Positions 31,475 to 43,815 of a DNA stretch of 64,000 nucleotides are shown in pieces. The first letter of the stretch is position 1; each line of letters opens with the position of its first letter. Source of the stretch: Octopus vulgaris (Eukaryota); NCBI GenBank assembly GCA_951406725.2, contig OX597817.1, forward strand, positions 19,902,001 to 19,966,000, read 5' to 3'. The position numbers were made by a program, and so were the translations under genes. The notes beneath the pieces were generated by a model. It was not told the DNA's origin, did not search any database, and worked only from the letters and a program-made list of their open reading frames with translations.

Positions 31475-31813
31475 CAGAAAGGGAAAGTGAAGGGAGATGT
31501 TGATGAGTATGCAAGTCAAGTAGTGAACGCTACCGAAAGATTCATATTTGACTGAAGAAAGAATTTCGAAAATTCTTACAAAAATATGGGAGAGTGTAAT
31601 GTAAGTAATATTGAGTTTTATGAGAAAGGGAGATATTTTTCAGAGTTGGGTTGGGTATTAGAAAGTATATTTCTGTGTGGTTTACGAGCAGTAGGTAATA
31701 GCATGTTCGCACATATGAGAAGAATTATGAGGAAAATAGAAATTATAACATAAAAGACAAAGTGACTCAGAAAGAGATGGGAGAGAATGAGAGAAACACA
31801 CACACACACACAT

Positions 31814-31853
<40 letters not shown>

Positions 31854-33769
31854 ATATCTATCTATCTATCTATCTATATATATATATATATATATATATA
31901 TGTTAGTGGGTGGGGGTTATAGAAAAATAACCGGACACATGTATAAGATTATATTAGAAGAAAAATGAAAAAGTTAAAAGGATGATGGGCATAGAGAGGA
32001 AATCAATGGAAAAGCGTTGCATTATAAAAAGTTGGTGAGTGTAGAAAGAGAAAAGATTGCAAGAAAGAGAATTAGCAATTGCGAAAGCGTATAAGGGCGA
32101 GCGGGGATACGAAAGGAGTAAGAGAAAGAAAATATGACTGAAGAAAAACAGTGACATAGAAAAATGTAGAGAAAAAAAGCGAACTGCAAAGAAAGATAGG
32201 GAAAGATAAGAGAGGACATTCAGTTTTACTGAGACACAAGATGTAGTATATGATAACATTTACTTTTAATATTAAGTTTTCAAAAGAATGTAACATTTTT
32301 TATTCTATTTTCGATCATAGAAATAAATTTGTCTTTTCAGAATGTCAAAAAGTAAAATTCGAATGAAAATAACAAAAACCGCAATGAAATGAAGAGAAAT
32401 AAAATGAATAATATTTTCGAAAAAAAAAAAAGAAAAAAAATTAAAAGAAAAATGGCTAAAATTTTCAAAAAAAAGGATACATACAAGCACAAATAAAATA
32501 TACACCAAAAAAGGATATTTATATTTATTATATTTATTTTCCTTTACTTATTTTATAAAAATAGATATTTCATTGATTCCTTGAAGAGGAAAATTGATAT
32601 TCAGTATTGCAGAAATGAAAAGGATAATCAAGAAGTACATTTTTGATATAGACATTTTATTGCCATTTTTCTACAATGTATTGAAAAGGCCTCCTAGAAT
32701 TCTAAGTTGCTATTCTAAAAATTTGATTTTTAAAAATTTCTATGGCGAAATATACTTTTATATATTCATCTGTATACTTTTCTTTGTGTTTTGGTATATA
32801 GTTTTTCTGTACTTCATTTATTTATCCAAGTTTTATCCTCCTCCTTCACCTCCTTTCTCATCTTCTCCCCGCCCCTCCTTCAACTATTGCTACTACCGCA
32901 ATTACTACACATAATAATAATATGAATGAAGAGAGAAAAGAACAGCATCGCAGTCAATACAATTACTACTGTAGTTATGGTGATGCTACCGTACTTAATG
33001 CGTATTATCTAAATTATTATGATGGCTACAGTAGATAAAACTGCTACTACTAATATTAAATTTACAACCACTGAGAAAAGTATCCTTTCAGCCTGGTTAA
33101 TATCACAGACAATACATTTGTTATTAATACTATATAGGGATGGGGGATGATCAGCTTAACAATACCGGTAATAAAACATTCAAACCACTTACCGCGTATG
33201 CATATATAATATATAGTACTATAATATAAGTGTGTGTGTGTGTGTGTCTGTGTGTGTATGTGTGTGTGTGAATTACTTTTTGGCTTTGAGATACTATAAG
33301 AGTCATTGTGCTTTAAAGAATGAGTTTAAGTATCCACCAACAATACAGAGATTTTTATTTAGGTTTTTAATAAATGTGATTAGTTTTAATGTGTTCATAT
33401 TTGCGGTTCATAGGTCCTTAAGACATGATAAAAAATAGGGTATAATTGAAAGAAGATTGCAAAAAATTTTCGCCGGGATCGTCTGCATGAATACTGGTAA
33501 CAGAATTTAAAGATTCGAACGTGAACATCAGCGATTTATTTTGTCTCCACTACATACTGATGAAAAAACAATCATACCGTGTAATGTATCTTTTGAACAG
33601 ACAATGGCAACAGATTACCACCGACGTAAGTAGTCCCTTTGTTGTTCTCTGAATTACTTGGTTTCAATAGGATTTCGGGTTCCTTTGAGAAGACATTTGG
33701 GAGCCTATAGTTTGGCCTTTGCACCAGGAATTACCATATCATTGTGAAACTTCCTCCTCAATGGATGGA

Positions 33770-34148
33770 AGCACTCCGTCGGTTACGACGATGAGGGTTC
33801 CGGTTGATCCGAATCAACGGAACACCCTGCTCGTGAAATTAACGTGTAAGTGGCTGAGCGCTCCACAGACACGTGCTCACTTAACGTAGTTCTCGGGGAT
33901 ATTCAGCGTGACACAGAGAGTGACAAGGCCGGCCCCTTGAAATACAGGTACAACAGAAACAGGAAGTAAGAGTGAGAGAAAGTTGTGGGGAAAGAGTACA
34001 GCAGGGATCACCACCCCCTGACATTAGCTTCGTGGAGCTTTTAGGTGTTTTCGCTCAATAAACTCTCACAACGCCTGGTCTGGGAATCGAAACCGCGATC
34101 CTATGACCGCGAGTCCGCTGCCCTAACCACTGGGCCATTGCGCCTCCA
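33770..34148 (-). mobile_element. SINE family C (Nin/Deu-domain-like) with well-preserved tRNA-like head
   Basis: Reverse strand GGAGGCGCAATGGCCCAGTGGTTAGGGCAGCGGACTCGCGGTCATAGGATCGCGGTTTCGATTCCC; 3' body matches 2700-2860. Confidence 0.8.
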
Positions 34149-35433
34149 CTTCCTTCTCAATATTCTCTATATCTCCAGCTCCAAATTCGTTAATTTCAAA
34201 TTTTTTAGTAATTTGAAAGTAATTGAGGGTATCTGTTTTAATGTTTTAATGTTTTCCAAAAAAAAACGACATCCGTTTTTCCCCTCTGTTCCTTAACAGC
34301 ACCAAGTTTGGAGTGTGTGTGTTTTGTAGAAGTGCCACTCTGCTGATACTGTTCTTTTTACTGTGGTGGGTTCTGTTGGTGTTTGTGGAGCTGTAGTGAA
34401 TTTCTCTGTGCTTGGTGTGTGTGTGGTTTCGGTGATGATTGAATTGCTGTGTGGTCTGTTCATAGTGAGTGTAGCATATCTCCAAATTTCATTTGAATAC
34501 CTCTACAAGAAAGATATTTTCATATCTGAAATATCAGAAGCGTGATGTATGTTTATGTGTGTGGGTTCAATAGAGAAGGAATTAGTCAGCATACTTTCCT
34601 GTGTTGCGGGTTTTGGTTCTTTTGTGATGGGTGTCGTTGTTGCTGTTGTAGATCTTACTGTTTGTTACTGCTGTTGGTTCTAGTGCTGCTGCTGCTGGTT
34701 TCCTGTTATTTTCGCAGCTTCTGCTGCTACTACTGCCATTGTTGCTGTAGGTTCTTGCTGGTATTGGGACGTCAAAACCACTGGAGCCCCGGCTCTCCCA
34801 AGTAGTATCTTGACATTCTGACCTCAACTGCAACTTGTACTTCCATTCTATTGGCAGGTCTAGGGTCTTTTCTACCACCTGCCGTCTTATCTAGAGGAAT
34901 ATTTTCCCTTTTTATTCAACACCCAACTTCATTCACCTTTTGTTTCGTTGCTATATATAACAGCAAGCAAATTATTTCTGCTAAATTCAACAAAGTTTCG
35001 GTAGCCGCTGCTAAGCAATCTCCAAACCAAATGGTAGCAGTTGTATTCTATCTATTTAATTTTTTTCATTCAGTCACTAGCTGGTGATTGTAGCGGGGTT
35101 CCCATCTCAACCATTACGCCGCTGTTGGGTATCTAGTCAAACTGATTCGCAAAATAGGCTTCTTTCAAAAGGAAGTAAAAAATCTGAAAATCGACTATCA
35201 TAATGTTGACTTTCAGTCTTATTGTTATGAAGGTATGATGTGGAGGAAAAAAAAAAAAAACAAAAAGGAGGAAAAAGTTACAGAGGTTTAAAATTCGAAA
35301 AAACTGTGTATTTTTTTGCCACTAGCGAGACAGAAATTTTCTGCATTTAGCGGAGCGGTGTCCACTTTAAGCTTGTACCCTGTGAAATTTCTAGTTTAGC
35401 GTCTTGGCCTGTTCATTGTAGGTTTCTAAATAT

Positions 35434-35841
35434 AGGCGCAGGAGTGGCTGTGTGGTAAGTAGCTTGCTAACCAACCACATGGTTCCGGGTTCAGTCCCAC
35501 TGTGTGTGGCACCTTGGGCAAGTGTCTTCTGCTATAGCCCCGGGCCGACCAAAGCCTTGTGAGTGGATTTGGTAGACGGAAACTGAAAGAAGCCTGTCGT
35601 ATATATGTATATATATATATATGTGTGTGTATGTGTGAGTGTTTGTGTGTGTTTGTCCCCCTAGCATTGCTTGACAACCGATGCTGGTGTGTTTATGTCC
35701 CCGTCACTTAGCGGTTCGGCAAAAGAGACCGATAGAATAAGTACTGGGCTTACAAAAGAATAAGCCTGGGGTCGATTTGCTCGACTAAAAGGCGGTGCTC
35801 CAGCATGGCCGCAGTCAAATGACTGAAACATGTAAAAGAGA
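35434..35841 (+). mobile_element. SINE family A, full length, best-preserved copy
   Basis: GGCGCAGGAGTGGCTGTGTGGTAAG head, GGTTCAGTCCC B-box, internal (TA)/(TG), GGCGGTGCTCCAGCATGGCCGCAGTCAAATGACTGAAAC tail. Confidence 0.93.
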
Positions 35842-35914
35842 ATAGAGATCAACATGTATAATCTTACTGTTTCCTTTGTCTCTTCATTGATTGTAGGTAT
35901 CTAGGAAATTGTAG

Positions 35915-35976
35915 GAAATGGCGGTGCCCCAGCATGGCCACAGCTCGTGAGCTGAAACTAGATAAAAATAAAAAAA
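35915..35976 (+). mobile_element. Isolated LINE/SINE 3' tail variant
   Basis: GGCGGTGCCCCAGCATGGCCACAGCTCGTGAGCTGAAACTAGATAAAAATAAAAAA. Confidence 0.7.
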
Positions 35977-36275
35977 TAGGTAAAATAAAATCTATTATTT
36001 AAAAAAATTTATTATATTAATACACCTGTCTGCATGTGTTTACTTTATGCTTATTCCAGTATAATGTACACCTGTCATGTACTTGTATACATCATTAATA
36101 CATAAGTGAATGTTGTTGTATGTATCCACTTGTAAGTTTATAACACATTTATGCATTCATGTGTGTGTGTGCATGTCTGTGTGTGCATGTATGTGTGCGT
36201 GTGTGTGTGGGCATGTGTGTGATCGGGGAGGGGGGCGTCTGCCTCGAATACTCCAAAGTTGAATAACGTTTTTAT

Positions 36276-36426
36276 GCTTGGATTTGGAAGCTACAATAAG
36301 AATAACACTGGTCAACAAAGAATTTATACCAAGAAAATAGAAATGAGAGGCTTGGATTTGGAAGCTACAAGAAGAATAACACTGGTCAACAAAGAAGTTA
36401 TACCAAGAAAATAGAAATGTGAGGCT
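36276..36426. repeat. 74-bp tandem duplication
   Basis: GCTTGGATTTGGAAGCTACAA.AAGAATAACACTGGTCAACAAAGAA.TTATACCAAGAAAATAGAAATG occurs twice (36276, 36350). Confidence 0.95.
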
Positions 36427-36931
36427 AACGGTTTAAGAAAAAAACTCTTAATCTAAATGTTTATGAATAGAATTAACCTAGTAAAATCATAAAACCAGCT
36501 ACCCGAGTCAATAAGTCTCTGAAGGTTAGCATTACTGTCTATTCACCTTCATAATTCCAAAAACCTGTATAAATATCATAAACAACTTTTGCTATATATG
36601 CAGTGATCTAACATTCAACTCACAAAGACGGTGTCTCACGCTATTGATTATGTGAGGCGAAGGCGCGGTAAGAAGCTGCTAATGCCATGCTGTCTGTTGA
36701 TTGGCTAAAATGATCCAAATACCCCAAATTTCAGTGCAAATAACATCAGATTCTTTAATTTACGAGGTAAAGTAATTGGTTGATCGTAATCAAAATTCAG
36801 AGTTGCATCGATACACCTAACTTGAAAGCAATCTGAGCAAAATTAAAGGGGGCATAGTTTGCGAATGAGACTGACTAGATCCGCTGTTGGTGCCCCTGGA
36901 TGACGGATGGTATACACAACAGCGAGTAGTG

Positions 36932-36994
<63 letters not shown>

Positions 36995-37069
36995 ACAAAT
37001 GTTTCAAAGTTTGGCACGAGACAGGCAAATTTAGGACAGAGAACAAGTCCATTACGTCTACCCCAGGCA

Positions 37070-37555
37070 TTAAACTGAGCATGTATGACAATCTTGAAAT
37101 AGAAATTGGCAAAATGTGGAACCTCAAGACTAAAACAATATCTGTTGTCATAGATACCGTAGGATTAATTGCAAAATGGGCTGATTTCTTCCTAGGTCAG
37201 ATACCTAGAAATCCAAAATGGGCTGAAATTCGAAAATTATCCTACGTAAAATATTGTCTATGTTATCCTCAAAATATTTTACACTGTAAACAGTGTCAAA
37301 ATACTTTTAAACACCTTTTACTGTCAACTTAACGTCTTTCACTGTCATCTCAACGCCAGAATATCATCTTATAACCAAATAACTTTTAAAACAAACTTCT
37401 AACTTACTTGTTTTGACAGACATTTTCTAAAACTATACTATGTGCAAAACCGAATATATGGTATAAAACCAACTTGAACATCTAAATTCTTATCTCTTGA
37501 GTTCTCTGGGTGAGACTTGGTGCCAACTTGTACAAATACAAAGCAAAATCCAAAC

Positions 37556-37624
<69 letters not shown>

Positions 37625-37632
37625 TAATAATA
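37070..37632 (+). mobile_element. R4/Dong-like non-LTR retrotransposon 3' fragment (older) with (TAA)n tail
   Basis: KLSMYDNLEIEIGKMWNLKTKTISVVI..VGLI matches the C-terminus of the restriction-like endonuclease; followed by a UTR and (TAA)n. Confidence 0.75.
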
Positions 37633-37944
37633 AACTTTCAAAATACAAAGACCTGGAAATAGAGGTAACCAGAATGTGGAATCTAAAAACAGAAACAATC
37701 CCTATCATAGTAGGTGCATTAGGCTGTTTAAAATAATATTCAGACAAATACATAACAAAAACACCAGGACTTTCAAACACATATAACATACAGAAAATTG
37801 CACTACTTGGCACTGCACACATCCTACGCAGAACACTTTCCATACAATAACCATCAGAGCATCACAACAAATCAGAGCACATACGCAAGGCACACAGAGC
37901 TGCGCTCGGTAGTGAAGTGAAAGCACGCTATAAAAATAAAACTA

Positions 37945-38033
<89 letters not shown>

Positions 38034-38066
38034 TAATAATGATAATAATAATAATAATAATAATAA
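37633..38066 (+). mobile_element. R4/Dong-like non-LTR retrotransposon 3' fragment embedded in (TAA)n
   Basis: KLSKYKDLEIEVTRMWNLKTETIPIIVGALG...YNIQKIALLGTAHILRRTLS, short 3' UTR, (TAA)n on both sides. Confidence 0.9.
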
Positions 38067-38139
38067 GAAGAAGAAGAAGAAGAAGAAAAAGAAGAAGGAG
38101 AAGAAGGAAGAGAATGATTAAAGGGAATGGCAAATATTA

Positions 38140-38870
38140 GCAAAGTTAGCCAAACCTGAATGCATAATTTTCGCAAACATAATACGTTGGATGACAGAAT
38201 TCCTTTAGTGATTAGCTGGCACCGACATCTCGTTGGCATTTCAAAAAAGTTGCATGAAGTTACCAACATGTGACACAAAAATATCCTCGTTTCAAACAGA
38301 TATTTCCTCAGCCACCTATTGTAGTCTTTAGACGGAATAAGAATATAAGAGAATTATTGACCTTTATTTTCTCACTCCAAGTAAAGGAACATTGGAGTAT
38401 CTGTACGCTGTACCTTGTAAAACAACTGCAAATGAGGTAAGCCCTGTTCATTGTCCAGCAACATGAGTGAAGTGAATTTCGTCCGGAATCATAACAGAAA
38501 CGTTTTGATTTATACAGAAGGTGGAACATGGAGAGATACTAATTTGGTGTACGCGGCTGAATGCACGAAACACAATTTATATTGGTTGTACAACAGAAGA
38601 ATTGAACAGAAGATTTAACGGGCACAGATATGATGTGAGGCATAATAACAGTAGTTTGAAAGAACTTGCCGAACATTTTGATTCAAACAGCTGAAATTTT
38701 GAAAATGACTTGAAAGTGCATATTTTCAGAAAATATTCTGAATCTGCTTCACTTTACTTCTCAAAATGCATGAGGAGAAATATGTTTGCTGGTTTTTAAC
38801 ATCAGGTGCTGGAGGAATGAATAAAATGATAGGAGAATATCATCAAGTTTATACAAAACTGTTTGATTAA
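38140..38870 (+). pseudogene. Penelope-like linker plus GIY-YIG fragment, decayed
   Basis: IPLVISWHRHLVGISKKLH..KYPRFKQIFPQPPIVVFRRNKNIRELL..GGTWRDTNLVYAAECTKH..LNRRFNGHRYD..LAEHF..GMNK. Confidence 0.87.
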
Positions 38871-39049
38871 ATATTTATTTTTACTTTTGTTTTTTTCTGT
38901 CTCCTTTTGCTTTCTTTTTGTTTTCGCCTGATATAAAATTGGAACTTAAAAACTGATGATGTATTTCCATCATCGTGTGGACACTGTTTGCTCTTCTTCG
39001 TACTTTAAATTTGCATTTCTATAATTTTGAACTTTCATCACATCTTATT

Positions 39050-39092
39050 TTGAGCTCGACAAAGACAAGCTTGCTGTCGGAATATCGTTCAA
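39050..39092 (+). ncRNA. Minimal type I hammerhead-like motif downstream of the Penelope fragment
   Basis: TTGAGC-TCGACAA-A-GACA AGCTTGC TGTC-GGAA-TA-TC-GTTCAA: stem I TTGAGC/GTTCAA, stem II GACA/TGTC, AUC site; U3/C4/A8 core and A13>G. Confidence 0.55.
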
Positions 39093-39164
39093 CCAATAAA
39101 ATAGCTATTGAAATCGCATCGCGCTCTCCGTCTTGTCTAATAATACTTATAATAATAACGATTT

Positions 39165-39342
39165 TAAATTTTGGCACAAGGCCAGTCGATTAGATCGACC
39201 CCAGTACGGAACTTGGACTTAATTTATCGAACCAGAAAGGATGAAAGTATAAGTCGAACTCGGCGGAATTTGAATTCAGAACATAAAGGCAGACTGCTAA
39301 GCATTTCACACGACGTGCTAACGTTTCTGCCAGCTCTCCGCT
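39165..39342 (-). mobile_element. SINE family B variant (tail AATTTTGGCACAAGGCCAG)
   Basis: GATCGACCCCAGTAC...GAAAGGATGAAAG...CTCGGCGGAATTTGAA...GCTAACGTTTCTGCCAGCTC. Confidence 0.8.
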
Positions 39343-39923
39343 TTACAATAATAATAATATTTAATAATAATAATGATAAAATGAATGATGCAGTTTGAAA
39401 TAAAATACAAAATTACCCTTTCACATAAAAATATTTTCATATAAACAAATAGATTTTACTAAAATAATATTTCATATGTCTACAAAGTAACACTTACAAT
39501 TCGAAAAGAATAAAAAAGAAAACCACATTTTTTAATAAAAGTATTCATATAAAAATGTTTTATTGAATGTGTATAGTGCATGTTCTCACTAAAGAGTTTT
39601 TCATAAAAAGGGAGACCATATTTTGCTAACTGATTAGCGACGCTGTTTTACACTGTAATTTTCTGATGATGAACTAAAAATTTGCCACATTTTCAAACAT
39701 TCTTCTCATGTAAGGCGACATGTCGCAATTCTTACCGCGTCTGGCAAAATGCTTGTTGGGATTTCTTTGTATCTTTGCGTATTCTTTCAATCCCGCCGAT
39801 GACAATTTTGCGTTTTACGATCCATGAATCTATTTTTACTAGTCTGGTATTGGGGAATATATAGTCCACTTGTCTCCTTCCATATAGTACACTTGTCGCA
39901 TTCCACCCTTCTATCTATCTAGG

Positions 39924-39996
<73 letters not shown>

Positions 39997-40019
39997 CCTA
40001 TATATCTATCTATCTATCA

Positions 40020-40105
<86 letters not shown>

Positions 40106-40127
40106 TACTGTCTGTCTCCCTCTCTCT

Positions 40128-40162
<35 letters not shown>

Positions 40163-40579
40163 CAAATAAAAAATATATAATCAAATAAAAAATAGAGAGA
40201 AGTCGTTGCTACAGTACTACAGCACTATATATTTGAAAAATTGAATAGAAATAGCTTTTCTGGTAATTTTTGCACTTTAATAATTAGATGTTTACAAAAA
40301 AGTTTTAACAGCCTGAGACGCGTTGCTCTACAAAAAGTATATCGGTATCTCCGGACGAGCCGATTGTGCGGACACGGTCCTTTACGAAGAATAGAGAACA
40401 GAACTCTTTCCGAGGCTCCCGGCAACGTCTCCGAGATTGTATATACATATATATATATATATTTAAGCAAATACATAGAGAGAGAGAGAGAGGGGGATAG
40501 AGAAAGAGAGAGGGAAATGTAGGTGATATAAATGTAAGTGACGCTCTGCACATGTACGTTCTGTAAGATATATTTAAAT

Positions 40580-40720
40580 ATACTACAATGTATTCTACTG
40601 ATTGTTGCTTCATTCAGCATACTCTTCCGGATCATAGTTCTTTCGAAGGTTTAAGGTCCACGTGTCACCTGAATGTTTCATTGATGACTGAATAGGAATG
40701 TGGCGACGATACAGTCTTTT
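40580..40720 (-). pseudogene. Possible mariner transposase relic
   Basis: GDTW....NYDPEE / MKQQSVEY resembles the TGDETW..YDPE.KQQS.EW motif. Confidence 0.35.
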
Positions 40721-41125
40721 GCCTATAGGAGGGTTACCTTTGCACAAAATGAAACAGGTTTGAACTTCCATGGACATTTCACTACTTGCTTCCATCAGCT
40801 GATTCTCTTTCAAATTATTCTCCTGCAGGAAACGTTCAACTGATATTGTTGAGAAATCACAGTAGCCTAATTCATTAAGGAATGATGCTATCCTCTGACA
40901 AGATCCTCATCATTGAAGTCCTAGCACTTGACTAATCATGCAGATGCACGCACATATGCACACAAGCGAGCATGCACGCATACATGAGCATACGCATATA
41001 TATCTTTTCTTATGTATTTATGAATAATTACAGATTTATAAATGTACGAATACATTTATGAATACACGCAAATATTCAAACTTTACTTGAAAGATCAGTC
41101 AAAATACTTAAGTAGAATATAATAC

Positions 41126-41720
41126 AACTTAGATAAAACTTAGATATGTTTCGACCAGAGATTGGTCCAGGCCATGTCTAACTTAATAGCACCACCTGAT
41201 AGGATTATTCGAATCCTGTTTAAGTCAAGTTTTGTTCAAGTAGTGAGTTCTTGTTGGGTGAGTTGTATCCAATTATGGGTGGCTTGTCTGGTATTCTTTG
41301 AAGGAATCCATCCAGACTCTGTTTGAAGTTGATGGGATACTTTTCCTCTTTGATCTCCCTCGGGACAATGTTAAATAGGGCAGGGCCTGTTGAGGAAAAG
41401 AAATTATGTTGCAGTGTACATGTATGTTGTGATCTTGAATTTGGCAGGGGACGTATAGCCCGTGGTCCAAGTCTCGGATGAACCTTGAAGCTAATGTTTA
41501 GGTCGTTTGGGCAAAGTTGGCGGTATATTTTCCACATCGTACAAATGATGTACCGCTCACGGCGACGCTGGAGGGAGTAAAGTTTCAAGGCTTTAAGGCG
41601 ATCCCAATAGTCGAGAGCAGCCATGCCTTCAATTTGTTTAGTGAGAGCCCTCTGGGGTGACTCAATTCTGGAGATGTTTTGTCTTGTGTGAGGAGACCAC
41701 AGTGGGCAGCAGTATTTTAC
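41126..41720 (-). mobile_element. 5'-truncated CR1-group LINE (second family): open ORF2 C-terminus, 3' UTR and (ATCTAAGTT)n-like tail
   Basis: YCCPLWSPH..IESPQR..YWDRLKALKLYSLQRRRERY..GPALFNIVP..FKQSLDGFLQRIPDKP..NSLLE, homologous to the end of the 21272-22261 ORF. Confidence 0.92.
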
Positions 41721-41949
41721 TAATGAAAACATTGATATGATTTCAATGTTTCACTTGAGTTGTCTTCGATGGGCTGCTTGATAAAACTTTAATGTTAATG
41801 TGAAATACTTTGCTTGTAAATAGACTGATAGAAATCTAAGAGCTTGAGGAAATAGGTTTCTACGAAATTATTCTGTTTTATTTCCTCTCACTCACTAATG
41901 TTTCTTTCTAATTTAGTGGCAAATCTAGCATATATGAAGGAAAGGGATC

Positions 41950-42110
41950 GGCTGACTGACATGGTCCCAGCACTTGGCAGGTAATATATTTCATCCAACT
42001 CAGAGGGTTGAAAGTCAAAGTTGACTTTGAAGAGATTTGAACTTAGAATATAAAGTGAAAGGAGCAAATTATCGAAAGCTATTTTTTCGACATTCCTGAG
42101 ATTCAACCAA
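41950..42110 (-). mobile_element. SINE family B, highly decayed
   Basis: CCCAGCACTTGGCAGGTA...GAGGGTTGAAAGTCAAAGTTGAC...GATTTGAACTTAGAA. Confidence 0.55.
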
Positions 42111-43284
42111 CGTGTCTATTTGCCAACTTTTTTCACGCAATTATAATAGCCAAACGGTTGTTATAAATGTTTAACTGATTGGCAATAATTTGAGAACGTT
42201 TTTAAGTATCCTGAAAGTATTTCATTTCGAACAAATCGAAGTAATAGAGAAATCAAGAGATGAGATAAGGTTTAAAAACGAATTGAAGTATATAAGAGTG
42301 TATAAGATGGAATAAATTGTAAACAGTGGAAAAAGGGGGAACAGTATTTATATAGAACAGTAAGAATCAGAAGACGAAGGAAAAGAACGAATGGAAATAT
42401 GTATCATAAAAAATAAAATCGTGAAGTAAGAAGTACTTTGCAAAATAAAGAGCGAGTAGGAGAATAATATAAAATAGGGGAAATGTTTATAACATAAAAT
42501 ATATATTAGAAGATAAGAAATGAAAATAAATAGAAAAATTCAATACTTTATTTTGTGAATGTTTCTGTTTATTTATAATCGATTCTTTAGAACTCATCAA
42601 TATTTTATTAATTGATATCATGAGAAAAAAAAACATTCATATTGTTTACCGAATCACAATCAACTTTAATTTTCTAAAAGGCTCCATTTATTTTCATAAG
42701 TAGGTTTGCACAAATAGGGTTTATAATATATTTCTTTAATATGTTATCATTATTTTTCTTTACTTATCAATACCTTAGATGGAAATATTTTTTTCAAAAA
42801 TAAACGCAACAAATAAACAACAACGTCGATATTTTCTTATGATTGATTTATATTTTAAGAAAACATACCTGAAAATATTCTATAACTATTGCAACTAAAA
42901 CTGCTGCTACCCATACTACTTCAACAACAAAGACTACTACTAATACTTCTACTACTACACTTGCAACTGCTACTTCTGGTGGTGGTGATGATGATAATTT
43001 CCTTTAATCGCCTGAGGGACACGTGATGTAAAAATTAAAAACAAAGAAATGAAAATATAAAGAGGACTAATTATGTTGCTATAATGACAAACACACACTA
43101 GCATATTGATAAAAATAACAATAAAAATACATACTAAATAACAAGGCAGATTTTCAAATGGAAGCAAATGCTTGAGGAGAATCATGGGGCACACAAACAT
43201 AACCCAGACTATATGTGCCCCTTCGAAAGGAGGCATTAATTCACAGTTGGGTAACTAGAGTGGGTTAATTTCAAGTCAACGTTC

Positions 43285-43516
43285 ATTTCAAATTTTGGCA
43301 TAAGAACAGCAATTTCGTGGGAAGACTAAAAAGACTATACCAGTGTTCACCTGATACTTGTTTTATTGACCACGAAATGATGAAAGGCAAAGTCGACTGA
43401 ACCGGCAACTGAATTCAAAACGTTGGAAGAAATGCCGCTAAACATTTTGAACACAAAATGTTGGACGAAATGCTAATCATTTTGTCCGGCACAGTAACGA
43501 TTCTGACAATTCGCCT
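43285..43516 (-). mobile_element. SINE family B variant, decayed
   Basis: TTCAAATTTTGGCA...TTATTGACCACGAAATGATGAAAGGCAAAGTCGAC...TGCCGCTAAACATTT. Confidence 0.7.
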
Positions 43517-43708
43517 TCGTATTTCACCTCAATATTGTCCCTACTATCAACCAGCTTTCATAGAATTTACAAGCACTTCTCTACCCTCGCCCAAATCATC
43601 ATGCACCAAAGATCTATCGTTGTCACGAATCTATCAATTTCTATGCATATCGAATATGTGTATTACTGGTGGCAACAATACGACATGAATATTTCAGCAG
43701 CAGCTGCG

Positions 43709-43758
<50 letters not shown>

Positions 43759-43815
43759 GGTGGTGGTGGTGGTGGTGGTTGTAGTGGTAGTAGTAGTAGT
43801 AGTAGTAGTAGTAGT
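43709..43815. repeat. (GTA)n/(GTG)n trinucleotide microsatellite
   Basis: Directly visible; a similar (GTA)n tract lies at 36925-36994. Confidence 0.97.

Noticed and set aside
34075-34148. tRNA-like sequence on the - strand (also at 13394, 14478 and 35434)
   Set aside because: A/B boxes are present but there is no closing acceptor stem and each continues into a repeat body; these are SINE heads, not tRNA genes.
34250-34580. Possible R4-like endonuclease C-terminus on the - strand (ISRVALL..TH)
   Set aside because: Similarity is limited to a few residues.
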